Below are positions 39,817 through 49,354 of a DNA stretch of 64,000 nt, in pieces. The notes beneath the pieces are model-generated. The model was not told the DNA's origin. It was given only the letters and a program-made list of their open reading frames with translations, and did no database searches. Location of the stretch: the IMG/VR virus record IMGVR_UViG_3300027970_002011, positions 1-64,000 of that record; one strand, given 5' to 3'. The first letter of the stretch is position 1, and each line of letters starts with the position of its first letter. Both the position numbers and the translations under genes were made by a program. Origin of the DNA: a virus.

Positions 39817-40062
39817 TTATGCGTTCTTTAATCTTGGTTCCCAATAACTTCTATTCATCCACATGAATTGGTAGAATTCTCGGAACATTCTAAGTGTAAT
39901 GTCTTTAATATCACCCTCAAGTTTACCTCGTTTAATTTCTTTAGCAATCTTATCAATTAACTTATCTTCAAATTGTTTTAATGTATTGCTCTCCAAGAAA
40001 CTTTTCATCTCTTTTCTAATCAATACTTCAACTTCTTTTACTTCTGAACTAGTTAGTGCCAT
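39817..40062 (-). CDS. Hypothetical protein
   Basis: 81-aa ORF in the operon. Confidence 0.7.
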   Translation of the reverse strand: MALTSSEVKEVEVLIRKEMKSFLESNTLKQFEDKLIDKIAKEIKRGKLEGDIKDITLRMFREFYQFMWMNRSYWEPRLKNA

Positions 40063-40064
40063 AG

Positions 40065-40496
40065 TTATTTTGTTATGTATAAATAGGTTAATGTACCAAT
40101 TAAAACTCCTGAAATTATATTAGTAAAAGTTCTTTTAGCTTTGATTCTCTTTAATTCCTTTTGGGTAATCTTGAGTTCTTTTTGATAAATTTCTGTCTTC
40201 TTTTTTTCATCTGATATAATCAAATTGTAATTTTCTTCTTTCAACTTCATCTTATCAATTACAGAATCTTTTAAAGAAACAATGTTCTCAAGTTCAATAA
40301 TGTGTTGATTGGACATTTTCAATTGAGCAAATGCCGAATCCCCCCTCAATAAATCAATTACTATTTGTTTTGCCACAGGGACTGGCAAAACTATCTTTTG
40401 TGTATCAGTATAACTCTTTGTAACGGTCTGCGAAAAACATGTCGAGCTCAACATGACCATACTTAGAAGCATCACTAATTTTTTTACTAAACTCAT
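40065..40496 (-). CDS. Exported coiled-coil protein with C-terminal TM (spanin-like topology)
   Basis: Signal peptide, coiled coil, C-terminal hydrophobic helix. Confidence 0.55.
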   Translation of the reverse strand: MSLVKKLVMLLSMVMLSSTCFSQTVTKSYTDTQKIVLPVPVAKQIVIDLLRGDSAFAQLKMSNQHIIELENIVSLKDSVIDKMKLKEENYNLIISDEKKKTEIYQKELKITQKELKRIKAKRTFTNIISGVLIGTLTYLYITK

Positions 40497-40779
40497 TTCC
40501 TATTTGGGTTTTTGTTTCTTTTATGGTTTCAACTCTTGTCTCCACTACCTTAATTTCTTCACTTACTTTATCAATGTCCGATTGAATTAGTTGTTGGTTA
40601 AACTCAACCATTTCTATATGGGACTGTAAAGAATCAAGTTCTCTTTTACTTTCTTTTGATATCTTAACTACCGTTGTTATTTGTATCAAATACCAAAGTA
40701 TTACTAAAACAAGAATAACCTTGAGAACATTTTTCAAGGTTAAATCTTTTTTATCAAATATTTGATTAGGACTAATCAT
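40405..40779 (-). CDS. N-terminal TM plus coiled-coil protein (i-spanin-like topology)
   Basis: VLKVILVLVILWYLIQI then heptads; overlaps the next gene by about 90 nt. Confidence 0.55.
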   Translation of the reverse strand: MISPNQIFDKKDLTLKNVLKVILVLVILWYLIQITTVVKISKESKRELDSLQSHIEMVEFNQQLIQSDIDKVSEEIKVVETRVETIKETKTQIGNEFSKKISDASKYGHVELDMFFADRYKELY

Positions 40780-41356
40780 AATCTTCAGGAGCTTGTTTTC
40801 TTGCCGCCAATACTTTAGACCACTTGGATTTAAACTTTTCATAAAAAGTCTTCAACTTATTAATCATCTCTAAAGTTGAATCGTCAATTTTTAACATGTT
40901 ACCATTAATATAGATTCCACTGTCCTCACCAATAGTATAAATGAACTCAACATCACTGTCAATGATTTTACCTGACCATTCTACCGTGTTTGGATAAACG
41001 TTCAATTGATTGAAATCAACCAAGTCAGATACTTCTTCAGTGAATTCATCAATGGTGTCTTGGAATGAAACTTTATCATCTGAAGTAATATCGGTTTCAG
41101 CCTTTGTCTTACCATGAATCGCCATTATTGAACCAGAAATTTTATATCTCTGCACAAAATTAGTTTCTTCTTCCTCACCTCTGTTTTTTGGTTTTTCAAT
41201 GGCGGTTTCAAATGTATTGTCATCAATACTTGCTTCAATGTCAGCTGCGACATTTATTGGTCCAAGTTTTTCGGCATTAAGTTGTTCGTTGATTAGTCTT
41301 GCTCTTTTGACTAAATCTTTAATAGAGTCATACCTTTCGTTCATATAATTGTTCAT
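40772..41356 (-). CDS. Hypothetical protein
   Basis: 194-aa ORF with an RLINE|Q motif. Confidence 0.75.
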   Translation of the reverse strand: MNNYMNERYDSIKDLVKRARLINEQLNAEKLGPINVAADIEASIDDNTFETAIEKPKNRGEEEETNFVQRYKISGSIMAIHGKTKAETDITSDDKVSFQDTIDEFTEEVSDLVDFNQLNVYPNTVEWSGKIIDSDVEFIYTIGEDSGIYINGNMLKIDDSTLEMINKLKTFYEKFKSKWSKVLAARKQAPEDYD

Positions 41357-41945
41357 TTTCTAATTCTTTTTTAAAGTTATCAAAATCAAATGCCGGACTA
41401 ACATCTGTATATCTTTGATGGTAATTACTTCTTGTTGTTACACCTTGAAATAATTCTATACCATCAACTTTTACATTGTGTCCAACGAATTTATTAGGGA
41501 TTTCAAAATCTTTACACAACATCTTACACAACTGAGCCGTTTTGATAATCTGCTCGTTTGTATATGGTTGCCAAAAATTATAATCTCTCCATTTTTTTTC
41601 GTAAACCTCTTGTTTATAAATATTACCAAACCAATTAAGGTAAAACGATGATAATGGTTTTTTATTTAACCAACCCAAATTTTCAAGGACAATTGAAATC
41701 CCCGCACTTTTCATTGAATTATCTGAAAAGAATTCTGAACTGTATTTCGGATTTAACAACTCATAAATCACACCTTCCTGTGAAATTACATAGTTAGGTA
41801 TCTTTTTGTATTTACCATTATACCTAAATTTAAGAGAGGTCAAGTATTCACCGACCTCCCTTGAAGTATGACAAAGAATTATTTGTCTTTTTTTCTTGGG
41901 TTTACCAAACCCTTTAAAATTACCATATTTGATAATATCAACCAT
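41328..41945 (-). CDS. N-acetylmuramoyl-L-alanine amidase-like (Amidase_2) protein
   Basis: QIILCHT, NYVISQEGVIYEL, ISIVLEN, YTNEQI, DVSPAFDF. Confidence 0.75.
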   Translation of the reverse strand: MVDIIKYGNFKGFGKPKKKRQIILCHTSREVGEYLTSLKFRYNGKYKKIPNYVISQEGVIYELLNPKYSSEFFSDNSMKSAGISIVLENLGWLNKKPLSSFYLNWFGNIYKQEVYEKKWRDYNFWQPYTNEQIIKTAQLCKMLCKDFEIPNKFVGHNVKVDGIELFQGVTTRSNYHQRYTDVSPAFDFDNFKKELENEQLYERKV

Positions 41946-42648
41946 TTCTACCAGTATATCTTAATACTTTTTTCTCAGGTTGTGTAATGTTTTCATCTTC
42001 TTCCTCTGTTAATACAGAAAACTTATTGGATGTAATATGTTGTAATACGTCTTCAAGTTTTTCTAAATCTTCAGGTGTTGGGTTAATTTTTTCAGGTTCT
42101 TCATTCAATAACTCACCTTCCTTCTTACCCGCATCTTTAGAAATTTTCTCAATATCAACTTCTTCTTTTGGATTAACATTGTTTTTCCCTGTCTCTTCAA
42201 ACTTGACTAACATATGTAAGAATGATAATGAAATAAGTGGTAACATACCACCAGAAAACAACGCTAAGAATCTTTTATGTGAAACCATACTACCTGACTC
42301 AACACCAATATAAGAAACTATTGGGTCAACCATCTCCACCCAACTTTGGAATGACGCTGAGTTAACATCTATGTACTGATAAGCAAAGAAGATATTACCT
42401 AAGAACTGAATTAACGTAACAATACCAAATGGAAAATATACTTTATTTCCCATCTGTGCCGATATTGCGGCAAGAGCTGCCAATGCCGCAATTTCAATAC
42501 CAACTGACAAATATATTGCCCAACTAATTGGGTTTGTTATACCATACCAAGTTGTTACGTGAGATATTGAGACAAACGCAACTGTTAATATTGGTACTAA
42601 AAACGCAATATAGATTATGGTTTTGAAGTTTTTCTGAAACCAATTCAT
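41938..42648 (-). CDS. Four-TM membrane protein with charged C-terminal tail
   Basis: Four hydrophobic segments. Confidence 0.75.
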   Translation of the reverse strand: MNWFQKNFKTIIYIAFLVPILTVAFVSISHVTTWYGITNPISWAIYLSVGIEIAALAALAAISAQMGNKVYFPFGIVTLIQFLGNIFFAYQYIDVNSASFQSWVEMVDPIVSYIGVESGSMVSHKRFLALFSGGMLPLISLSFLHMLVKFEETGKNNVNPKEEVDIEKISKDAGKKEGELLNEEPEKINPTPEDLEKLEDVLQHITSNKFSVLTEEEDENITQPEKKVLRYTGRNG

Positions 42649-42918
42649 TTATTTAATATCAAGTTTTTTTATTTCTTCGTCAATTTCAGTTTGTCTTCTA
42701 ACATCTAAAAGTTTTCTATCAGTTGCCTGAATCATTCTTTTTTCAGCCTCTAACCCACTTCTTTTCAACTCTTTAGTCATTTCTTCTTTAGTAACCAAAG
42801 TTTCCATTTGTTTATTTATTTTTGATAATTGTCTCGTATCTCCGCAACTTTTAAATAAACCTAAAACAGCAATTACTAAAATAATTACGTTAAAATTCTT
42901 TTTTACAAATTCTTTCAT
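42649..42918 (-). CDS. Membrane-anchored coiled-coil protein, possible lipoprotein
   Basis: VIILVIAVLGLFKSC then coiled coil. Confidence 0.65.
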   Translation of the reverse strand: MKEFVKKNFNVIILVIAVLGLFKSCGDTRQLSKINKQMETLVTKEEMTKELKRSGLEAEKRMIQATDRKLLDVRRQTEIDEEIKKLDIK

Positions 42919-42938
42919 AGTTTTTTTATTAATAAATA

Positions 42939-43739
42939 TTATAGATACTCAAACAGGTCGTTAGACTCATTACGAAGTTTACGTAATGCCTTTTCTTTAA
43001 TTTGTCGTACACGTTCTTTTGTCAGTTTGAAGTCATTACCGATGTCCTCTAAAGTTCTTGTTTGACCTGACAAACCAAAGTAATCTTCAATAATAATTTT
43101 TTCTCTATCATCCAAGATTCCCAAAATTTCTTTTAATTTCTCTTTGAGTATTTCCTTTGTGTCAAATATTGAGTCAGGTAATTCTGCATCAGGATTCTTA
43201 ATCAAATCCAACAACGTATCACCTTCTTCATTTAGAGGTGCATCATAATTTATTGTCGTTGGGAGATTAACAAACTTATCAGGTAAATCCGCCCCGTTTT
43301 TTTCAACTTCTTTCTTGGCCTTCTGAAGTTCTTGTACGACGTTAACCGGGAGTCGGATAGTACGAGCATTTTCATTTAGAGATTGAAGAATTGATTGACG
43401 AATCCACCAAACTGCGTATGAAATAAAACGTAGTTGTTTAGTCCAATCAAAATTCCCAACCGCCTTTAATAGTCCCAAATTACCCTCAGCAATCAAATCT
43501 GATAATTCAAGCCCTTGGTTTTGATACTGTTTAGCCACAGTTATAACAAATCTCAAGTTACCAATTAAAAGTTCCTGTTCAATTTGTTTCTTTTCTGATT
43601 CTGTAATATCACCTGATAGAATTTTTTGAGCCAATTCACGTTCTCGCTCAACTGTCATTACTTTAATCTTGCGAATATCTTTAAGATATGTTGCAATTTC
43701 TTCTTGATTGATTGGAATTGTAGATATTTTGTCTTTCAT
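42939..43739 (-). CDS. RNA polymerase sigma-70 factor, RpoD-like (no region 1.1)
   Basis: YLKDI, NLRFVITVAKQY, DLIAEGNLGL, RFISYAVWWIRQSI, TLEDIG...LTKERVRQIKEKALRKLR. Confidence 0.95.
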   Translation of the reverse strand: MKDKISTIPINQEEIATYLKDIRKIKVMTVERERELAQKILSGDITESEKKQIEQELLIGNLRFVITVAKQYQNQGLELSDLIAEGNLGLLKAVGNFDWTKQLRFISYAVWWIRQSILQSLNENARTIRLPVNVVQELQKAKKEVEKNGADLPDKFVNLPTTINYDAPLNEEGDTLLDLIKNPDAELPDSIFDTKEILKEKLKEILGILDDREKIIIEDYFGLSGQTRTLEDIGNDFKLTKERVRQIKEKALRKLRNESNDLFEYL

Positions 43740-43740
43740 G

Positions 43741-44280
43741 TTATTTAGATAGTTTTTGTAGTAATTTTTTTTCGTTTTCAGTTAAAGAGTTAAAACCAAA
43801 TTCTGTGATTTTATCCAATAAGTCATCCAAAGATAATGTTTTCTTTTTAGACTTTTGAATAATTGTTTTAATTTCATCCTCATCATCATCGTCATCATCA
43901 TCCTCTTCCATCATGTCAATAATCTCCTGTTGTAATTTTTCAAAATCACTATGAATTTTAACAGTGTCGGATTGAACATTGGAGTTTTCATTCTCTTGTT
44001 CTAAATCCGTTAAGTTACTTGCAAAGTCATTATTGACAAGTACGCTAACATTTTCCGAAGGTGAAACTATAACCATATCAACATGGTTATTCAAAACATC
44101 TTTAACATAACTGGTTATATTGTTTAAATTCCAGTCAGATTCAAAATGTGATATGATAAAGGTATTCGTATTTGAAAGTTTTAACTTTTTTGAGCTAACC
44201 ATAGGTGCGAGACAAATATTAATCGCCCTAACTCTATCATTGACTTGGAAATCACCCAACATTGTAATTAAATAATTCAT
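43741..44280 (-). CDS. Hypothetical protein with acidic tract and DUF6576-like C-terminus
   Basis: Poly-D/E run; LDDLLDKITEFGFNSLTENEKKLL; TACATTTG promoter element at 44299-44306. Confidence 0.7.
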   Translation of the reverse strand: MNYLITMLGDFQVNDRVRAINICLAPMVSSKKLKLSNTNTFIISHFESDWNLNNITSYVKDVLNNHVDMVIVSPSENVSVLVNNDFASNLTDLEQENENSNVQSDTVKIHSDFEKLQQEIIDMMEEDDDDDDDEDEIKTIIQKSKKKTLSLDDLLDKITEFGFNSLTENEKKLLQKLSK

Positions 44281-44332
44281 ATGTCTTTTTATTTACTACA
44301 AATGTAATACCAAAATGGTAATAGAACCAAAC

Positions 44333-44860
44333 TTATTTACGAAAAATCCAACAGTTTTCCATGATTGTTCGTGTGGGTAACATTTCGTCTACCGCTTTAA
44401 CAACACCAGGCCATGAATCCTCATAATCATGACCTGATAGTATTCCCCCCCTTTTAACTTTTGGTAACCACAAACCGATATCTTCTTTAACAGATTCGTA
44501 AGTGTGTGTTAAGTCAATGAACACGACATCCAAACTTTCATCTTCAAATTGACTTACAACTTCTGAAGACAACCCTCTGATTGATTTGTAGGTTCTTTCC
44601 CCCATGTTTTTTTTAAAAACTTCATAGATATCAACTTCAGTTGCCAACTTATGTGTAGAGGTTAACTCATTAGGGGAACCCTTCCATGAGTCAATAATGA
44701 TTACATTACGATTAATGGCTTTGTCAACTAAATAAGATGATGACTTACCAAGCCACGCACCTAATTCAACCATTGTACCACCCTCAGGACATTGTTCTAT
44801 TAGGTAGTCATAACTCTTAAGGTGATTAAACCACCCTTTAATCTCAGTATAATCTTTCAT
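44333..44860 (-). CDS. Class I SAM-dependent methyltransferase (Methyltransf_24-like)
   Basis: VELGAWLGKS, VFIDLTHTYE, GGILSGHDY...GVVKAVDE. Confidence 0.88.
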   Translation of the reverse strand: MKDYTEIKGWFNHLKSYDYLIEQCPEGGTMVELGAWLGKSSSYLVDKAINRNVIIIDSWKGSPNELTSTHKLATEVDIYEVFKKNMGERTYKSIRGLSSEVVSQFEDESLDVVFIDLTHTYESVKEDIGLWLPKVKRGGILSGHDYEDSWPGVVKAVDEMLPTRTIMENCWIFRK

Positions 44861-47232
44861 TATTGTATGACTCTTGATACGTTTTCTTCTTTTTTAATTC
44901 TAACAACATTGTCAGCCCAGTTCGTAACCAAAGGATTGTGTGTGATTACAAATACCTTTTCAAAGTAATCTTTAATCTTAGTGAAGAACTCTCCAACTAA
45001 TTCTAAGTTATCGTTTGAAATTTTTCCAAACACCTCATCCCAAACAATGATATTTGGTTTTGGTAATGAACATATCTTACTCAACACGGCTCTAAGTGCC
45101 ATACTCGCAATTGTTCTTTCATAACCTGAACCTGATGACATCAACTTTTCAATACCCGTTGAATTGTCAATCATGATGAACTCCACTTCATTCTTATCAT
45201 TGATTCTAATCTCCAAGTTAAAGTAACAAGAATCTTGTAACAATCTTTGAAGTTCTTGATTAATCAATGGCATCATGGTTTTCATGATGATTTTTGAAAT
45301 ACCGTTCTTACCAAACAATTCCAAGTAGATTTTATAAATCTTTTCCTTCTCAAATTCAACTTTAATCTTTTCAATGATTTCAGAATTTGTTTGAATCTTG
45401 GCCGTTGCTGAATTAATATCATTGTTGTTATTGATTTGGGCTCTTTCAAGTTCTCTCTTTCGGTTAATCAATTCATCAATACGTAATTGAGCCTTAATAA
45501 TCTTTGCCTCAAGTTCTTGGTTCTTCTTAATCTTTTCTTGAGACTCAATGTATCTTTTAAGTACATCTTGTTTTTTCTCAAGTTTAAGTTTTTCTGCTTC
45601 CAATCCAACCTCAAATTTTTCCTTAATGAGTTTGTTACGTTCATACTCATCAAAGTCTTTTTTGAGTTGCGTGTAGGACTTTTCTTTGAAATCAAGGTCT
45701 TTCCACTGTTTTGATAACTTGTCAACCTTCTTCTCACAATCACCCAACTCATCAATCTTTTTCTTTGTCAGTGCGGCTTCCATCAATTTGATTCCACAGT
45801 GCTCACACTGAATCCCATCTCCAAACTTCTTAACCAATTCTTCAATATCTTCAACTTTTTTCTGAGCAAGAATAAGTTCACCGTTTGTGGTTTTCATCTC
45901 ATTTCTAATCTCATCATGTTTGTCCTCATGATAGTATGATGTGGGTTCCTTAATTATAACACCATTGATTTGGGTTTTAATTTTTTCACATTCCCTTTCT
46001 GAGTTTGAAATTTCACTTTGTATGTTGATTGGGTTTAAACCTAAAAGTTCTTTATCTATGTCAGAGTATTTCGCATTTAACAAACCGTCTTTATATTCTT
46101 GACCAGTTGATAATCTTTCGGTAACATCAACAATCTCCTTTTCAACATCAACATTAGTCTGTTTAAGGGTGGTGATTTTTTCTTTCAATAAATCAATATC
46201 ACCCTTTAATGTCTCAGTATTGTAGACATTAGACATCATACTTTTGGTAAAGGTAGAAACGATTTCTTTACCCGTCTCTTCTTTTATTTTCAAGAATTCA
46301 AGACCCATAAACCTACTCAGGACTTGTCCACGAGCAGTTGGTTTAGAATCAATGAGTTCCTCCAAATTAGTAGATGTAGTTAAAATAGTCATCAAGAAGT
46401 CATCCATATCACCAATAGAATTCTTAATAAACTTCTCAGTTTCTCTTCTTTGTTCTCCTGTAAAGTTTTGGTAAGAACCATCCCCCAATTTTTTTAAGAA
46501 ATCCAATTCGGTTTTGACATTCCAATCACCAGACTTAGACTTCTTTCTTTCAATTGTACGAGAAACCACATACTCATCGCCATCAATAACGATGTCACCC
46601 CTAACCTGTACTTTATTAGAGTCACGGAACCTATTGAAAATTTCTTCCGCCTTCTGTGTTTTAGTGGTGGTGTTAAAGAATAGAAACATCAATAAGTCCA
46701 CAGTTAAAACTGTTTTACCACCAAAGTTTGGTGGGTCTGATTCCACAACAGTTATACCGTTACACTTCTCAAAGTCCAACACTTGATTGTCACCATAACT
46801 CAAAAAGTTAGAGAAGTGAATCTTCTTAATATACCACTTTTGAAATGGTGTAACCTCAACATTCTGTTGAATTAACTTATTCTCAACCGCCTCATCAATT
46901 TTTACAATGTCATCATACTTATCACCACTACCCTTACTTTCCAAAAAAGATTTCATCAACTCACGTTGATAGTTCTTATCCATAATGTTAAATGAAACAT
47001 CCACAGTTTGTTGTCCTGTTTCAGTTTGTTTTGTCTTGGTAATGACATTAACATTTAATGAATTGTATTTCTTTTGAAAATAAGTTTTTACACTCTTAAT
47101 TCTCTCTTGAGTGAAGTTTTCAGGCGTGTCTTCCCAAACAACCTGAATGTAAGGATTTTCGTATTCTTCTAATTTTATTTTTTCTGACATAGTAGTTAAA
47201 TCGTAATTAATTGGTGGATTAAATAAGTCCAT
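44860..47232 (-). CDS. Rad50/SbcC/gp46-like SMC ATPase with N-terminal extension
   Basis: FSNFLSYG, NFGGKT, coiled coil with CEHC hook, SGSGYE, IVWDE, ITH. Confidence 0.92.
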   Translation of the reverse strand: MDLFNPPINYDLTTMSEKIKLEEYENPYIQVVWEDTPENFTQERIKSVKTYFQKKYNSLNVNVITKTKQTETGQQTVDVSFNIMDKNYQRELMKSFLESKGSGDKYDDIVKIDEAVENKLIQQNVEVTPFQKWYIKKIHFSNFLSYGDNQVLDFEKCNGITVVESDPPNFGGKTVLTVDLLMFLFFNTTTKTQKAEEIFNRFRDSNKVQVRGDIVIDGDEYVVSRTIERKKSKSGDWNVKTELDFLKKLGDGSYQNFTGEQRRETEKFIKNSIGDMDDFLMTILTTSTNLEELIDSKPTARGQVLSRFMGLEFLKIKEETGKEIVSTFTKSMMSNVYNTETLKGDIDLLKEKITTLKQTNVDVEKEIVDVTERLSTGQEYKDGLLNAKYSDIDKELLGLNPINIQSEISNSERECEKIKTQINGVIIKEPTSYYHEDKHDEIRNEMKTTNGELILAQKKVEDIEELVKKFGDGIQCEHCGIKLMEAALTKKKIDELGDCEKKVDKLSKQWKDLDFKEKSYTQLKKDFDEYERNKLIKEKFEVGLEAEKLKLEKKQDVLKRYIESQEKIKKNQELEAKIIKAQLRIDELINRKRELERAQINNNNDINSATAKIQTNSEIIEKIKVEFEKEKIYKIYLELFGKNGISKIIMKTMMPLINQELQRLLQDSCYFNLEIRINDKNEVEFIMIDNSTGIEKLMSSGSGYERTIASMALRAVLSKICSLPKPNIIVWDEVFGKISNDNLELVGEFFTKIKDYFEKVFVITHNPLVTNWADNVVRIKKEENVSRVIQ

Positions 47233-47236
47233 AACA

Positions 47237-47422
47237 TTATTGTCCTGACATTACAAATCCTGTGTTTTCTTCTGTCGTACCCGTTGAAGCTTGTTCTCTT
47301 AGGTCCTCCAAATACTTCTTCAATTTCTCATTGTAAAGTTTTTCATAGGTGTGTTGAGCACTTTTGATTTTTTGGTTGCGAGCAGCAACTTTTTTTCTGT
47401 GTTCTTTTTCTCTTTTTCCCAT
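47237..47422 (-). CDS. Small basic hypothetical protein
   Basis: 61-aa ORF in the operon. Confidence 0.65.
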   Translation of the reverse strand: MGKREKEHRKKVAARNQKIKSAQHTYEKLYNEKLKKYLEDLREQASTGTTEENTGFVMSGQ

Positions 47423-47424
47423 TT

Positions 47425-47745
47425 TTATTTTTCGTTTTCAAACCATTCAATAATTGAGTTCACCGCCCATACACCTCCCGATGCCAATAGTCCGTCAAAG
47501 AACCATGAAATCCATGTTGGTGTGTCATACAAGAAACTTGTAGGTGAAAATAAAGTTAGACCCAAAAAGAATCCAACCCATGTTGATGTACACATCATAC
47601 AAGAAATCAAACCTGAGATGAATTTCAAAATTGGTGAAAGTTCCGCCCAAGCGTGTACCCATTGTCTTTGTGTGTCAAAGATAGAACCGTAAACCAAAAT
47701 TTGGCTCAGTCCATACGCTAAAATAATCCAAGTGAATATTATCAT
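47425..47745 (-). CDS. Membrane protein with CxxC (DUF1360-like)
   Basis: GLISCMMCTSTWVG within TM helices. Confidence 0.7.
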   Translation of the reverse strand: MIIFTWIILAYGLSQILVYGSIFDTQRQWVHAWAELSPILKFISGLISCMMCTSTWVGFFLGLTLFSPTSFLYDTPTWISWFFDGLLASGGVWAVNSIIEWFENEK

Positions 47746-47753
47746 AATTTATT

Positions 47754-48575
47754 TTATTTATAAAGTTTATTGTCCAAGTTGGACCCTTTTAAATATAAGG
47801 CTTTTTGGTCTTGTTGTAACTTATTTAGTTCGTTAATTTTACTTTTTAATTCAGAAATTTCAACATCTCTATCAATTACTTGTTGCCTAATTTTTTGTAG
47901 AGTCTCTTGAAGTTTATTTGTGTTATCGGGATTGTCGGTCTTTTGTTTAAGAATGTCTAAAGAATGTCTAAGTTCATCTAGTTCTTCATCTTTCTTAGAC
48001 ATTTTATAGTGGAAAATATTTTCGTTTTCTGTGGTTATAGTGGAAAATTCTCGCTCTTTATCGGTAATTTCACCCTCTTTAGTGGAAAATTTTCGTCTAA
48101 GTTCATCTAGTTCACTATCCTTTTTAGACATTCCATTTTCCAACTGTTGTATTTTTAACAACAGTTCATTTTCACTACTGTTGTCGTAAATTGTTACAAT
48201 TTTTTCGACAGGAACCTCTTTGATAATTTCCTTGATAACTACTTTGTCAACGGGAACCTCTTTGATAACCTCAACCAATTTTTCAACGGTTACAACTTTT
48301 TCAACGGGGACCTCAACGTATTCAATCTTAACCACTTCTTTGATAACCTCAACAGGTATTTCCACCCGTTTTTCACGAATTACCTCTTTTTCCACCCATT
48401 TTTCTTGAATCCCACCCATATTTCCCAAAAGTCCATACTTTTCAATACGGTAACCTTGTTTGAATGAATCCTTTATTAAAGTATCAATATCCAAACCGTT
48501 TAAAGCACAGAAGGATTCTAAGTCTTTTAACTCTTCCTTAGTTAATACTATTGCCTTCTGTACTCCAAAACTCAT
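47754..48575 (-). CDS. Protein with V/E/K/P (EVPVEK) repeats and coiled coil
   Basis: EIPVEVIKEV, EVPVEKVV, EVPVDKVV, EVPVEKIV. Confidence 0.75.
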   Translation of the reverse strand: MSFGVQKAIVLTKEELKDLESFCALNGLDIDTLIKDSFKQGYRIEKYGLLGNMGGIQEKWVEKEVIREKRVEIPVEVIKEVVKIEYVEVPVEKVVTVEKLVEVIKEVPVDKVVIKEIIKEVPVEKIVTIYDNSSENELLLKIQQLENGMSKKDSELDELRRKFSTKEGEITDKEREFSTITTENENIFHYKMSKKDEELDELRHSLDILKQKTDNPDNTNKLQETLQKIRQQVIDRDVEISELKSKINELNKLQQDQKALYLKGSNLDNKLYK

Positions 48576-49354
48576 TAGACGTTTGCTAACTTTTCCTTAC
48601 CCGTCTCTAAGTCTTCGTAAGAAGATATCTTGAATGACAAAAAAGGTTTTGGATTTGGCAAATCAACGAAGGTGTATTCATCGGATTCCAAGTCATAAAC
48701 ACCATAACCATGCTTTGTAATACTTTCCCCAAAATTTTGTTGTACAGTTGAACCTATCATATATGCTTTCTTACCCCCTGGGATATCAAATACTTGACGT
48801 TTGTGAATATCACCGCAGAGTACCAAATCACACCCTTCAAACTTCGAAGCCTCAAAACCATCTTCAAATTTGTAACCAATGTCTGTTGAAAGCCCGATAA
48901 CAGGTCCATGAAATAATCCAATCTTAACCCTATCAGTTTGAGGAATCTCAGGTTTAATGTTGTGGTCCATAAGCGAGTAAACCACCCATTCAATGTTCTC
49001 ATCTTCGTAAGAACCTCTGTTTTTATAGTATACAATGTTTTCATTCTTAAGTGAATCAATAATCGGAGACAAAGCATCCAACCTTGATTGGTTATTTTCA
49101 AGGAAGTCGTGATTACCAATAATTAGAATGGTTTTAGTAATTGATGCACATTCGGTTAAAATCCAAGCAACAAACTCTACCAATTCAGGTGTCATTTGAT
49201 TCTTTGAATGTACCAAATCACCAGTAAAAACAATACGGTCAGGTTTTAAAGCTTTCCACTCACTCAAAGCTTGTGTTAAGATTTGTTTATACAAGTCGTG
49301 GTCTTTAAATAGACGCACGTGTAAATCCGAAAAGTGAATTAATCTTTTTATCAT
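48575..49354 (-). CDS. Mre11/SbcD/gp47-like metallophosphoesterase nuclease (short)
   Basis: SDLH, TGDLVH, GNHD, FHG, GDIH, QQNFGE; start at ATG 49354 (ATGA coupling). Confidence 0.92.
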   Translation of the reverse strand: MIKRLIHFSDLHVRLFKDHDLYKQILTQALSEWKALKPDRIVFTGDLVHSKNQMTPELVEFVAWILTECASITKTILIIGNHDFLENNQSRLDALSPIIDSLKNENIVYYKNRGSYEDENIEWVVYSLMDHNIKPEIPQTDRVKIGLFHGPVIGLSTDIGYKFEDGFEASKFEGCDLVLCGDIHKRQVFDIPGGKKAYMIGSTVQQNFGESITKHGYGVYDLESDEYTFVDLPNPKPFLSFKISSYEDLETGKEKLANV

